A stretch of 64,000 nucleotides of DNA, from positions 1,718,146-1,782,145 of the forward strand of contig OZ244226.1 of assembly GCA_965217035.1 (NCBI GenBank), written 5' to 3'. How positions within the stretch are numbered: position 1 is the first letter of the stretch; every line of letters begins with the position of its first letter. This DNA is from Bacteriovoracaceae bacterium. Its GTDB lineage: Bacteria > Bdellovibrionota > Bacteriovoracia > Bacteriovoracales > Bacteriovoracaceae. The translations under genes and the position numbers were made by a program. A model generated the notes under the pieces. The model made no database searches. It saw nothing but the letters and a program-made list of their open reading frames with translations, and had not been told where the DNA came from. Shown piece by piece: positions 33,774-47,400 of the stretch.

Positions 33774-35867
33774 ATGGCAAATAGCGATCTTTCTAACATC
33801 CGAAATATCGGCATCATGGCACATATTGATGCAGGTAAAACAACGACCACTGAGAGAATTCTTTATTATACGGGGATTAATCACAAAATAGGTGAAGTCC
33901 ATGATGGTGCTGCAACGATGGACTGGATGGTTCAAGAGCAGGAGCGCGGAATTACTATTACTTCTGCAGCAACGACTTGTGAATGGAATAAGCACACGAT
34001 TAATATCATCGATACTCCTGGACATGTAGACTTTACGATTGAGGTTGAAAGATCTTTGAGAGTTTTAGATGGTGCCGTTGGTGTGTTTTGTGCGGTTGGA
34101 GGAGTGGAGCCACAATCTGAAACTGTTTGGAGGCAAGCTGACACTTATAAAGTCCCTCGAATTGCCTTTGTTAACAAGATGGATCGAACAGGGGCAGATT
34201 TTGAAAATGTGCTTACTGAGATCCGTGAAAAACTAGGAAAACAGGCTGCTGCTTTACAGGTACCTGTTGGAGCAGAAGAGGATTTTCAGGGGATGATTGA
34301 TATCCTGACTCGTAAAAAATATGTCTGGGAAGGTGATGATCTTGGAGAGAAATTTGAACTTGTTGGTCTTACTGAAGATGAATCATTAGAAGTCGAAAGT
34401 AAAAGAGAAGAACTTTTTGATGTTTTAGCAAACTTTAGTGATGAGCTCGCAGAGAAATATCTTGAGGGAGAGGAACTGGAAGTTAGTTTTTTAAGAAAAG
34501 TGATTCGAGAGTCTGTTATTGATCATGGTTTTATTCCTGTCTTTTGTGGATCAGCTTTCAAAAATAAAGGTGTTCAACCTTTACTTGATGCTGTTACTTA
34601 CTTTTTGCCTTCACCTTCAGATCTTGAAGCTGTAAAAGGTTTTTCTGCTGCTAAAAAAGAAAATGAAGTAGAAAGGCAACACTCTACAGATGAATTGTTC
34701 AGTGGGATGGCATTTAAGATCGCTTCAGATCCTTTTGTTGGAAGACTTACTTTTTTTAGAGTTTATTCAGGTGTCTTGAAAATGGGTGAATCGATTTTGA
34801 ATCCTTTAAAAAATAAAAAAGAAAGAGTTCAAAAGATCCTTAAAATGCATGCTAATAAACGAACTGAAGTTAAAGAAGCGAGAGCAGGTGATATTGTTGC
34901 GCTTGCAGGGCTTAAGTTTACAATTACAGGTGAAACTCTTTGTGCTCCTAAGAATCCGATCGTATATGATCTTATGCAATTTCCCGAAACTGTTATTGCA
35001 AAGGCCGTTGAGGCAAAGACAACTGCGGATCAAGATAAACTTCTTGAGACATTAGAGTTTCTTCAAATTGAGGATCCTTCTTTTCGCTTTCAACAGAACA
35101 AAAATACAGGACAACTTTTGATTTATGGAATGGGAGAACTTCATCTTGATATTATTACGGACCGTTTAGATCGTGAATTTAAGGTTGGAGTTAACGTTGG
35201 TAAACCGCAAGTTTTTTATAGAGAGACAATCTCTGGACCTTCTTCAGATTCCGCCGAATACACTCGTGAGACAGGGGAAAAGATCCAATTTGGTCAATGT
35301 GATATTAAGGTTGAGCCATTATCTGGTGATCAGGAAATGGAATATGTCTGCGATCTCAAAATGAGAGAAGTTCCCAAAGAAATCTTTGAGGCGATAGAGT
35401 CGGGTATTAGAGATGCTTCTCCAGGCGGTGTTTTAGCCGGTTACCCTTTGCATTCTTTAAAAATAACCTTAACGGGCTTGAAGTATGATGAAGAGACAGC
35501 GAATGAAGTCGCTTATAAAATTGCTGCTTCAAATGCTTTTAGAAAAGCCTGTCAAAAAGCTAAAGTTGTTTTAATGGAGCCGGTAATGAAGCTTGAAATT
35601 AACACTCCCAATGAGTTTTCAGGAGATGTTATTGCTGATGTGAATAGTAAGCGCGGGCAGATTTTAAATATTGATATGACTAGAGATGGTCGAGAAATTA
35701 TTAAGACACATACACCACTTGCAAATCTTTTTGGTTATAGCACAGATCTAAGGTCTAAAACCCAAGGACGAGCTGATTTTATGATGACACTTGATCATTA
35801 TAAGGCCATGAATACAAATGAAACGAAAAAGCTACTTGAAGCTCGTGGAATCTTTGTTGATTACTAA
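33774..35867 (+). CDS. fusA: Elongation factor G paralog with divergent domain IV
   Basis: [33 protein letters not shown]. Domain IV loops are not canonical. Confidence 0.93.
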   Translation: MANSDLSNIRNIGIMAHIDAGKTTTTERILYYTGINHKIGEVHDGAATMDWMVQEQERGITITSAATTCEWNKHTINIIDTPGHVDFTIEVERSLRVLDGAVGVFCAVGGVEPQSETVWRQADTYKVPRIAFVNKMDRTGADFENVLTEIREKLGKQAAALQVPVGAEEDFQGMIDILTRKKYVWEGDDLGEKFELVGLTEDESLEVESKREELFDVLANFSDELAEKYLEGEELEVSFLRKVIRESVIDHGFIPVFCGSAFKNKGVQPLLDAVTYFLPSPSDLEAVKGFSAAKKENEVERQHSTDELFSGMAFKIASDPFVGRLTFFRVYSGVLKMGESILNPLKNKKERVQKILKMHANKRTEVKEARAGDIVALAGLKFTITGETLCAPKNPIVYDLMQFPETVIAKAVEAKTTADQDKLLETLEFLQIEDPSFRFQQNKNTGQLLIYGMGELHLDIITDRLDREFKVGVNVGKPQVFYRETISGPSSDSAEYTRETGEKIQFGQCDIKVEPLSGDQEMEYVCDLKMREVPKEIFEAIESGIRDASPGGVLAGYPLHSLKITLTGLKYDEETANEVAYKIAASNAFRKACQKAKVVLMEPVMKLEINTPNEFSGDVIADVNSKRGQILNIDMTRDGREIIKTHTPLANLFGYSTDLRSKTQGRADFMMTLDHYKAMNTNETKKLLEARGIFVDY

Positions 35868-35973
35868 GCGTCCCAACAATTTGACTTGCAGCTAGGTCGA
35901 TCTTCATTAATTTACCACTTTCAAAGAGAAAATCGACTTCATTATAAATTGAAGGAATGAGACCACCGAAACG

Positions 35974-38130
35974 CTAATAATAATAATTCACGCCTAAATT
36001 AGTAACAAAAACATTTAAGTTTGTTGTTGAGCCATCAGTATTCTCAATATTATGAGTATGATAGGTTAAAGAAGTGAAGAGTCCCCATTTTTTATTCAAA
36101 TGAAATTGAGGTCTTAGCTCTAGAGTGTATCCACTCGCAGAATCTGGATCAAGAGCTCCTGTATTATCGGCACTGTCGAACGGCGAAATTTTAAAAGATC
36201 CAAGGATGGAAAGTTTTTTATAGATTGGAACTTCCATTCTGGCACCGAGGTAAGGTCCAGAGAAAGAGAGTTCTCCGACTCCAGTAAGATTGAGTTCGGT
36301 AAGGTCATATTTTGATGATTTATATCCAATAAATCCATCAATATAACTAAAGAATTTAAATGGAGGTTTAATGGCGTAACCAAGAGCTCCGTCAAAGAAA
36401 CTAGCAGATGAGCTAAAGTCTCCGCTTCCCGCAATTCTTTTAAATGAAAAGATTCCGATAATAGAGTAAGGAAGATAATAATCGATACCGAGATCGGCAC
36501 CAAAAAGATTGGCTGTATTGTCTTCGCTGTCTCCAGTTAGTTGCGAAGCCTCAAGGGCAATATGTACTTTTCCAACATCCCTTTTAATGTTGATATTGTG
36601 CTTGATGAAGTTAGCGTCATCTTCTCCGAGAAAATAGTCATCAGTAAATGTAATCCAATCGCCTTTTCTAATTTTTGCATTGGGTTCAGTATTTCGAACA
36701 TAAGCGATTGCACTATTTCCTTTTTTATCTCGAATCGTTCCATTTCCAAGTTTTTCTTTTTCCCATGTTACTTTATAAATATCTTCGAAAGATTCTATTT
36801 TCAGTCCTAATGGACGGTATATTTCATAATGTTGAGTATTTCCGATATCTTGTTCTTCGCCTATTTGAAGGAGAAGTTGATCTCCAACTGCTTCTTCAAC
36901 AAGAGCAACATAAGGAATAGATTTTTGATATTCTTTTAACCAAATTGTCAGGACATTAATGACGGGTTCGATATCTTTCGTTGGTAAAATCGTACTCTTA
37001 TTAAAGATAACGGTCTTACCATCTTGGACAATAACCTCTAGTTTTACGAAAAGTCCTGCTCCTTTAGACAGAACAGAAGGTCTCAAAATACTTCCAGCCT
37101 TAAGCTTATCAAGGAGAAGTTTTAAAACTTTAGGATTGTATAAATCTTTGGCTAAAGTTCCTTTTCTTGCAAAAAGGAGTTTTTCCATCGATTCGTTTAT
37201 TCGAGCCTGGCATATTTTATCATCCTTAATATTTAAAAGAACTTCTTCTCTTATTTCTCTTGCTGTCTCTGATTTAACGTTAGAGACAAATGGGGAGAGA
37301 TAACAGATAAAGAGTGAGTTTTGATAAGGAAACACATAAGAAAACTTTCTATAAGTAACGTCAAAATCATTTGATGTTTTTCCAGGATCAAGGACTCCAC
37401 CTTTTTGAAGCTTTTGTCGAATCCCTTTTGAGCTTGTACCAACTGTTTTAAACTTCATGACTTTGATATGATCACCCGACTTTATAGGAACATTAGATGG
37501 GTTGATAATTTGAGCTCTATAAAAAGAACCGACTCGCTCTAGGATTGCACCTTTTGGAAACTCTTTATAATTAGTGCTTCTGTTTAATATCGATGAAGGA
37601 TAAATATAGACGGCTTTACCAACGAGACTTACACCCGAATTATTTTCAGCTTTTATTAAAACTTGATTCGGACTTTCAGCTTTAATAATATTTCCATTAA
37701 AGAAGATATCACCTTCGTATGAAGAAAAAGCATTATTGAGAAATTTAATAACAGGTTGATTGTAATTTGATTCTGTTTTAACGAATAATGTTTTTAATCT
37801 GTAGTCCAATAATTTTAAAAAGTATTTGTTTTCTGTTTCACCGAGAAGAAAGAAGTATTGATAAGTAGGGTACTTGTCTCGAATATTTTTAAGTTCTGCT
37901 TCCGGCACATCAACTTTACTAAAAGATTTAATAAAGTTAGCAGTAATAAAATATTTTCGTTTTAAGTTCGCTTGAACAAGCTTTCGAATTTCGGGAAGTT
38001 CTTTTTCATATTTCTTAAAAAAATTAGTTGGTAAAACAAAAAGAGTTTTTGAATTAGGTGCTATAAATTCTGCACGGGCCACAGAGCACAAAATGAACAA
38101 TGTCAGTACTTTACATAAAATTTTAAGCAT
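35974..38130 (-). CDS. Predicted outer-membrane protein: large soluble N-terminal region plus C-terminal beta-barrel
   Basis: Signal peptide ending VARA. The last ~200 aa are amphipathic beta-strands ending GVNYYY (aromatic terminus). Confidence 0.75.
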   Translation of the reverse strand: MLKILCKVLTLFILCSVARAEFIAPNSKTLFVLPTNFFKKYEKELPEIRKLVQANLKRKYFITANFIKSFSKVDVPEAELKNIRDKYPTYQYFFLLGETENKYFLKLLDYRLKTLFVKTESNYNQPVIKFLNNAFSSYEGDIFFNGNIIKAESPNQVLIKAENNSGVSLVGKAVYIYPSSILNRSTNYKEFPKGAILERVGSFYRAQIINPSNVPIKSGDHIKVMKFKTVGTSSKGIRQKLQKGGVLDPGKTSNDFDVTYRKFSYVFPYQNSLFICYLSPFVSNVKSETAREIREEVLLNIKDDKICQARINESMEKLLFARKGTLAKDLYNPKVLKLLLDKLKAGSILRPSVLSKGAGLFVKLEVIVQDGKTVIFNKSTILPTKDIEPVINVLTIWLKEYQKSIPYVALVEEAVGDQLLLQIGEEQDIGNTQHYEIYRPLGLKIESFEDIYKVTWEKEKLGNGTIRDKKGNSAIAYVRNTEPNAKIRKGDWITFTDDYFLGEDDANFIKHNINIKRDVGKVHIALEASQLTGDSEDNTANLFGADLGIDYYLPYSIIGIFSFKRIAGSGDFSSSASFFDGALGYAIKPPFKFFSYIDGFIGYKSSKYDLTELNLTGVGELSFSGPYLGARMEVPIYKKLSILGSFKISPFDSADNTGALDPDSASGYTLELRPQFHLNKKWGLFTSLTYHTHNIENTDGSTTNLNVFVTNLGVNYYY

Positions 38131-38392
38131 CTATTTAATTAAATAGATCAAGTGGATTGCTGTCAAAGAGTGGCTAAATAGTGCCTCTTTAGATTTCTTA
38201 TCGATACTTTACTATTTAAATAAATCATTCATGAATGGAGTAAGAGACTAATGAAGTATGTCTTCTCAATGAGGAATCATTTTGATCGGTTTTTTTCTCT
38301 CTTAGCTCAAATAATTTAAATGCCTACTTCTGTTATCACTGAGCTTTCAGCTCAAATAATGAGGTAAGATATTTCGGTCTAGGGTGTTTATT

Positions 38393-38420
38393 TTGCCCCT
38401 GCGCGCTGCATAATTATAAT
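38393..38420 (+). promoter_or_regulatory. Putative sigma70 promoter of the giant gene
   Basis: TTGCCC-N16-TATAAT. Confidence 0.5.
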
Positions 38421-38482
38421 GATTGATATGATTATAAGTGTAAATTCGGTTACTTGTGATGACCGAGACTGGAGACATTGGA

Positions 38483-41400
38483 TTGATCTATAAGATCTTG
38501 TTAAGTTCAAAAAACTTGTGCCTCCTCGTAGTACTAGGAGTACTTCTCTCTTGTGGAGGAGACACGACATTCAATAATCAAAATTTAAAACTTGGTAATT
38601 TAGAAGTTGTTCAACAGTTTAATTTTCAAGACAGTCTTTATTCAATTGCTTCCACTGTAGATAACAGTCAAGTCGGTGTCGCGATCATTAGAAATTCAGG
38701 AGAGAGAGAGTTAACGATTTCAAATATCACTCTTCAAAATAATGATCCCGAATTTACGAACTTTACTCATAATTGTAATGCTGTTCCTGTTGATTCTACC
38801 TGCCAAATTAGTATTGATTTTGATTCTTTTGTTGCAGGTAATTTTTCTGCGGAAGTTGTTTTAGAATACACTGATGGATTAATTGATAATCAATCAGAAA
38901 TAATGAATATTTCGGTTCAAGCATTGAATCCAGCGACTATAACAGTTCTTCCTTTTGTTAATCCATTGATTAATCCAGTTACTTTGCCAGCCTATGGGCC
39001 GGAAGCAACAGGTGGAACTTACTATTACACAATTCAACTTCAAAATATGGGAGAAGTTTCAGCTACAAGTTTTAATGCTGTCACGACACCTGCCCTAACG
39101 GAATTTTCTTTTTCTGGCGGAGTATTTCCTGGAACAGGTGGAACTTGTGGACTGACGCCTCTTCTACCTGGAGCAACCTGTGACATTATTGTTGAGTATC
39201 TTCCAACAATGGCAGGAACAAACGTCGATGTTTTTGAGTTTGAATTTGATGATGGTTTTGGAGTAAATTCACCTTTTATTTCTGCTCCTTTTTCATTACC
39301 TGCAAGAACTGTTAACTTTAGTTCTTCAGCAGCTCCTCCTGCGAACATTGAGTTTAGAGATGGTGTTGCTCCGATTACAACTTACGACTTTGGTAATATC
39401 GCTTTAGGTTCAAATCCTACTAAAGTTATTACCTTTGAAAATACAGGTGGTGTTCCAGCCACGAATGTTACCCCAGTTCTCGTGTCTCCAGTTTCATACA
39501 CCGGAGGAGGAACATTCCCAGGAACATTAGGAACTTGTACAACAACACTCACAAATGCTTTGACTTGTGATGTGGATCTTCAAATTAATCCTGTGGCCAT
39601 TGGACCTTTCTCAGTTCCATACACAGTTGCATTTGATGATGGTACGGGTTCAATTGTCAATGTTGTTTTAACTGTTACGGGTACCGTTCTTAATCCAGCA
39701 AATTTTGCGATTTCTCCAACAAATAATTATGACTATGGTGAAATTTCTATTAATGCTCCATCAGGAACTGCGACTCAATTATTTACTCTTACAAATACAG
39801 GAGGGAGTCCGGGGGAGATCACTGGTTTTGTTGGTCTTACGGCTCCATTTAATTTTGTTGGTGGAAGTTTTCCTGGTACAGGTGGGGATTGTCCATTATC
39901 TCCAGGAACTGTTGCTGGTAGTGGTGGAAGTTGTCTCATTGAAATTGAATTTGATCCAACGACTTTTGGAACCTTTCTTAATAATGTGACGATGACTTAT
40001 AACAATGGTCTCACAACTGCGAATTTACTTTTTGATTTAAATGGTAATGATATTCAACCATTTGTTGATATTACTGCTCCTGTTATAAATGCTTATATTA
40101 ATGCTGCTAACTTTGGAGCTTATGGGTTCAACGGAACATGTAACGAAAACGGAAATAATGTTAATTTCAGTGTTTCCTCTGGATCAATTACACCAACTTC
40201 TGCAGGATGTGTTCTTGGAGCGTGGAGTGGTACCATTGATTTTACATCTGTACCAGATGGAACTTTTACATTCACGGCTGATCACTCAGACACTTTCGGA
40301 GTTGCAGCCCCAAGCTATCCAATTACTTTAACTAAAGATATTGATCTTCCTGATTTAGCTTCAATCAATAGAGGATCGACGCCTGCTTCTGATCCAACCA
40401 ATGCAACGACTGTCGAGTTTGATGTTACATTTGATGAAGCCGTTGCAGCAGTCGTTGTTGGTGATTTCAGTTTAACAACAGTGAGTGGGACTTCTGCAGG
40501 AGCCATTGCAAGTGTATCAGGGTCTGGAACAACTTGGACTGTCACTGTTAATGCTATTACTGGCGATGGAGTTTTAAGGTTAGACCTTAACGATCTTGAT
40601 GGAACGATTCAAGATTTAGCTGGAAATGCTTTAAACACAAATACCTTCACTGGTGGTCAAACTTGGACAGTTGATACTGTTCAACCAACTGTTGTCTCTA
40701 TTAATAGAGGAGCTTTCCCCGGTCTTGCGAGTACGAACGCTACAACAGTTGAGTTTGATGTCACTTTTGATGAAGATGTTAGTCCTGTAAACCTTGGAGA
40801 CTTTGTCGTTACAACTGTTTCTGGAACGGTAACTGGAACTGCCACAAGCATTATTGGTGGGCCAACAGTTTACACCGTAACTATAACAGGTATTACGGGT
40901 GATGGAGATCTACGCTTAGATCTTAACGATGCTGATAATACAATTCTTGATACGGTTAATAATACTCTCGCTGTTAACACGCATACAGGAGATGAAGTTT
41001 ACACTATGGATACTTCACCTCCGTCGATTGTTTCTATTAATAGAGGAACTGTCCCTGGAGTGAATCCAACGAATGCAACCTCTGTTGAGTATACGGTGAT
41101 ATTTGATGAAGCTGTTTCCCCTGTTGCTGTCGGAGACTTTGCAGTGGCTACCGGTTCTGGAACTGTGACTGGTGCTGTTGCTTCGGTAACTGGATTTGGA
41201 ACCAACTGGACCGTGACTGTGAATACGATTACAGGTGATGGAGATCTCCGTTTAGACCTTAACGATGCTGATAGCTCTATTCTTGATGGTTTTGGAAACT
41301 CTTTGACTTCAACAAGTCATACGGGAGATGAGACCTATGCACTTGATTTAACTCAGCCAAATTTATTAACAATTAATAGGGGAACTGTTCCTGGAATTAC

Positions 41401-44400
41401 GCCAACGAATGCGACAACAGTTGAGTTTGACTTAAATTTTGATGAAGATGTGACTGGTTTAGCAACAAGTGACTTTGTTCTCACGACTGTCAGTGGTGCT
41501 GTTATTGGTACAGTAAGTTCTGTTGCTGGTTCTGCTCAAAATTGGACAGTGACAGTAACTGGAATTACAGGTACTGGTGATATTCGACTCGATCTTTCTG
41601 ATGGTGATAATTCAATCACAGATCTTGTTGGAAACTCTCTGGCCGTCACTGCTCAAAATGGTGATCAGGTTTACTCTATTGATCAAACACAACCTAATCT
41701 ACTTTCTATTAATAGAGGAACTGTTCCTGGAATTAACCCTACTAATAACGGAACTCTAGAGTTTGATTTAACTTTTGATGAAGATGTTGTTTCAGTTGTC
41801 GTCAGTGATTTCGTTTTAACAACAGTGAGTGGAACAGCAGTAGGGACAATTTCTGCAGTTGCAGGCTCTTCAACAGCATGGACAGTTACTGTTACTGGAG
41901 TTACTGGAGATGGTGCTCTTCGTTTAGATCTCAATGATACTGATAATACAATTCAGGATCCTTCTGGAAACTCTCTTGCAAGTACGGTGAGGCTCGGAGA
42001 TCAAGATTATACCATTGATAATACAGGTCCACTCGTTAATACAATTAATAGAGGTGCTGTACCAGGTGTTAACCCAACTTTAGCGGCATCAGTAGAGTTT
42101 GATATTACTTTTAATGAAGCTATCCAAACGATGGATCTGACTGATGTTGTTTTAACAACTGTGAGTGGAACAGCAACAGGGACGCCATCGGCAGTTGTTG
42201 GGGCAGGAACTTCTTGGACTATTACAGTTTCTGGTATAACAGGTTCAGGAGATATCAGACTTGATCTTAATGATGCTAATAATTCTATTTTAGACTCTTT
42301 AGGAAATTCAATTTCTGTAAATGCCCATGTTGGTGATCAGACATATACAATTGATAGAGACCCTCCAATAGTTGTTTCTATTAATAGAGGAACTGTTCCT
42401 GGTGTTTCTTTAACAAATGCGACGACTGTTGAATTCGATGTTACTTTTAACGAGGGAGTCACTCCTGTTGATCCTACTGATTTTGTTTTAACAACTGTTA
42501 GTGGTGTTACCACTGGAGTTGTTGCTTCAGTTTCAGGTTCTGGTACTTCATGGACTGTTGTCGTTAATACTGTCGCGGGTGATGGAGATATCAGGCTTGA
42601 TCTCAATGATGCTGATAATAGTATTCAGGATTCATTAGGGAATGCGATTGTTGCCAATGTTCAAAATGGAGATGAGACATATACGATTGATCAAACTCCT
42701 CCAAATATTCTAACGATTAATAGAGGAGCTTCTCCAGGAATCACTCCTACAAATGTTACAACAGTTGAATTTGATATTACTTTTGATGATTCTGTAAGTC
42801 CGGTTACCGTTGGTGATTTTGTTGCAACGACAGTTTCTGGAGCGGTAACGGGAACAGTTGCAAGTGTTACAGGTGCTGGTGCAACTTGGACAGTAACTGT
42901 TAATTCAGTAACAGGAAATGGTGATCTTGGACTGAATTTAAATGATGGCGATGGGTCTATTGTTGATGGAGCGGGGAACTCTCTTGCTTTAACAACTCAT
43001 ATAGGTGATCAAGATTATACGATTGATCAAGATCCACCAAGTATTGCATCAATCGTGAGAGGGACTTTGCCAGGTGCAAATCCAACGGCCTCAAACTCTG
43101 TTGATTTTGATGTTACTTTTGATGAAAATGTTGTAGCGGTTATAAATAGTGACTTTGTTGTCACGACTGTGAGTGGAACGGCTACTGGTGCTGTAAGTAC
43201 AGTTACTGGAGCTGGAACAGCTTGGACAGTAACTGTTGCAGGAATCACTGGTGACGGTGATATTAGACTTGATCTTAATGATGCTGATAATTCTATTTTA
43301 GATGTTTCTGGAAATGCAACGAGTCCAACAACTTATAATGTCGGACAAACGTATTCAATCGATAATACAGGGCCTCAAATTCTCTCAATTAATAGAGGAA
43401 GTGCTCCGGCGACAAATCCGACGAATGCAACTTCAGTAGAATTTGATGTTACTTTTAATGAAAATGTTGCAGCTCTTATTGCTGCGGACTTTATTCCAAG
43501 TATCATTGGAACCGGTATTCCTACAGTAGCGGGAGTCGCTGGTGGCCCACTCGTCTGGACGGTCACTGTTGATACAACAGGGGTCAATGGAGATGTTGGC
43601 CTCGACTTTAGTGATCTCGACGGAACAGTCCAGGATGTTTTAGGTAATACAGCAAGCCCTAATACAAGAACTTCAGATCAATTGTGGTCGGTTGATAATC
43701 AAGGTCCTCAGGTTCTTTCAATCAATAGAGGAGCTAATCCAGCAACGAATCCGACAAATTCAACGACTGTAGAATTTGATGTCACTTTTGATGAGGTCGT
43801 TGCGACTGTTGTTACAGGTGATTTTAATCCAACAAATACAGGATCAGGAACTCCATCAGTTATTAGTGTCTCAGGTACGGGAGCTACAAGAACGATCACT
43901 GTTGACGTAACAAATGTTGATGGGGATATTGGTTTAGATCTTAATGATACCGACAATACGATTACAGATACTCTTTTAAATATCATCAGTCCTAATACGC
44001 GCACGAGTGATGAGACCTGGACTGTTGACACGGTGATCCCTAATGTCACTTCTATTAATAGAGGTGCTACTCCAGCAGCGAATCCAACGAATGCGAATTC
44101 AGTTGAATTCGATATCACTTTCTCTGAGTCTGTGAGTCCTGTTATTGCAGGTGACTTTACGGTAACAAACACAGGAGCTGGAACTCCTACTATTACAGGA
44201 ATTACAGGAACAGGTGCAACTCGAACTGTCACTGTAGACGTGACAGGCGTAGATGGAGATGTTGGACTTGATTTCAGTGACGTTGATAATACGGTTCTTG
44301 ACGTTCTTGCTAACTCTGTTTCTCCTGATACTCGCACAAGTGATCAGCTTTGGACAGTTGATAGCATCGCTCCTCAAGTTTTGACAATTAATAGAGGAAC

Positions 44401-47400
44401 AACTCCTGCTGCTAATCCAACTAATTCAACAACAATAGAGTTCGATGTCACATTTGATGAAGATGTTACTCCTGTTGTTATTGGTGACTTTGTTGCGACA
44501 GTTGTTGGAACAGGCACTCCAACCATTACTGGTGTCGCGGGTGGACCAAGTGTCTGGACAGTCACAGTAGATACGACAGGTATCGTTGGTGACGTTGGTC
44601 TTAATCTTAATGATCTTGATGGAACACTTTTAGATTTAGCAGGAAATCAGATTAGTCCTAATACCCACACTTCTGATCAGGTTTGGACTATTGATAATCA
44701 AGGACCACAGGTTCTTTCGATTAATAGAGGAACAACCCCTGCAGCAAATCCAACCAATGCAACTTCGGTTGAATTTATTGTTACTTTTGATGAAATAGTT
44801 GGAACTGTTGTTGCTGCAGATTTCAACTTAACAAATACAGGTTCTGGAGCTCCTACAATTAGCGGTATTGCTGGTTCTGGAGCAACAAGAACAGTCACTG
44901 TTGATGTGACTAATGTTGATGGAGATATTGGATTAGATCTTAATGACGTTGACACATCTATCGTCGATGCTTTTTCAAATGCCATTTCTCCAAATACACA
45001 TACATCAGATCAATTATGGACAGTCGATACTGTTATTCCTTCTGTAACTTCTATTAATAGAGGTTCAACTCCGGCAGCTGATCCGACGAATGCAGTCTCT
45101 GTAGAGTTTGATGTGACATTCTCTGAGTCAGTATCCCCTGTGGTGGCGGGAGATTTTAATGTTGTTGTTACTGGTGCTGGAACGGCTTCGATTTCAAGCA
45201 TTTCTGGAACAGGAGCAACTCGAACAGTTATTGTTGATGTCTCTGCAGTTGATGGGGTTGTTGATCTTAATTTTAATGATGCGGATAATACAGTTGTTGA
45301 TGTGCTTGCGAATGCAGTAACTCCAAATACAAGAACAGGTGATCAAAGCTGGACGGTTGATAATATTCAACCTCAAGTTGTAACTATTAATCGAGGGACT
45401 GTACCGGTAGCGAATCCAACCAATGCAACTTCTGTTGAGTTCACTGTAACCTTTGATGAAGATGTTGCTCCTCTTGTGACGAGTGACTTTGTTGCCACAA
45501 TTGTTGGAACAGGAACACCGTCGGTTACAAGTGTTACAGGTGGGCCAAGTGTTTGGACAGTTGCCGTTAATGCTACGGGGGTTGATGGTGATGTCGGCCT
45601 TAATTTTAATGATGCCGATGGGACAGTGCTTGATACATTACTTAACCAAGTCAATCCAAGTACTCACACATCAGATGAGCTTTGGGATGTTGATAATATT
45701 GGACCAATTATTCAGACAATTAATAGAGGTTCAACTCCGACAACTAATCCAACGAATGCGACTTCAGTTGAGTTTGTTGTTACTTTTGATGAGGGTGTAA
45801 CTTCAGTTGTTGCGGCTGATTTCAATATAACAAATACGGGTTCTGGAGCTCCAACAATTACAGGTGTTACTGGTTCAGGAGCAACTCGAACTGTAACAGT
45901 TAATGTGGCATCAGTTGATGGAGATATCGGACTCGATCTTAATGATGCTGATAATTCAATTGCGGATAGTTTAGGAAATGTCGCTGCTCCAAACACTCAT
46001 ACTTCAGATGAAACATGGACAGTCGATACTGTTATTCCTTCTGTTACTTCGATTAACAGAGGAACTGTCCCTGCAGCTGATCCAACAAACGCAAATTCCG
46101 TACAATTTGATGTCACCTTCTCTGAAAGTGTTCTTCCTGTTGTTGCAGCTGACTTCAATGTCACAAATACAGGAGTTGGAGCTCCGAATATTACAAGTGT
46201 CATTGGTGCAGGAGCAAACTGGACAGTAACAGTTGATACAACTGGAGTTGACGGAGTTGTTGGTGTTGATTTTAATGATGCCGACAATAGTGTTGTTGAT
46301 GTTCTTTTTAATCCAGTGACTCCTAACACGAGAACAAGTGATCAAACTTGGACAGTCGATAGTATTAACCCGCAAGTTCTTACAATTAATAGAGGTTCTA
46401 ATCCGGCCATTAATCCAACGAATGCAACGTCGGTAGAGTTTGATGTCACATTTGATGAGGATGTTACTCCTGTTGTTATTGGTGACTTTATCGCAACTGT
46501 TGCGGGAACTGGAACTCCAACCATTACTGGTGTCGCGGGTGGACCAAGTGTCTGGACAGTAACAGTTGATACGACAGGTATCGTTGGTGATGTTGGTCTT
46601 AACCTTAACGACCTTGATAATACTGTTTTAGACGTAACAGGAAATCCTGTAAGTCCTAATACTCACACCTCTGATCAGCTTTGGTCTATTGATAATCAGG
46701 GACCAATGGTTGTGAGTATTAACAGGGGAACAACTCCAGCAGCAAATCCAACCAATGCGACAACTATTGAGTTTGACGTTACTTTTGATGAGATTGTTTC
46801 GACTGTTGTTATTGGTGATTTCAATACAACAAATACCGGAACAGGGACTCCAACGATTACTGGTATTGCTGGTTCTGGAACAACAAGAACAGTCACTGTT
46901 AACGTGACGAATGTTGATGGTGATGTAGGACTTGATCTTAATGATATTGATAATTCTATAACTGATGCTTTTACAAATGTTATCAGTCCGAACACACATA
47001 CATCAGATCAATTATGGACAGTCGATACTGTTATTCCTTCTGTAACTTCTATTAATAGAGGAGCAACTCCGGCAGCTGATCCGACGAATGCAGTCTCTGT
47101 AGAGTTTGATGTGACCTTCTCTGAATCTGTTTCTCCTGTTGTTGCAGCAGATTTTAATGTTGTTGTGAGTGGTGTTGGAACAGCTTCAATTTCAACGATT
47201 ACAGGAACTGGCGCAACTCGTACAGTTGTCGTTGACGTAACAAGTGTTGATGGAACTGTGGCCCTCGATTTTAATGATGCCGATAATACCGTTCTTGATG
47301 TTCTCGCTAATTCGGTGACTCCAAATACGAGAGCGAGCGACCAGAGTTGGACTGTTGATAATATTCAACCTCAAGTCCTCACAATTAATAGAGGTGGTGT

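Noticed and set aside
35881..35915. TTGACT promoter-like sequence after fusA as a relic of a lost tuf/S10 unit
   Set aside because: The -10 match is poor and there is no downstream + strand ORF or tuf remnant.
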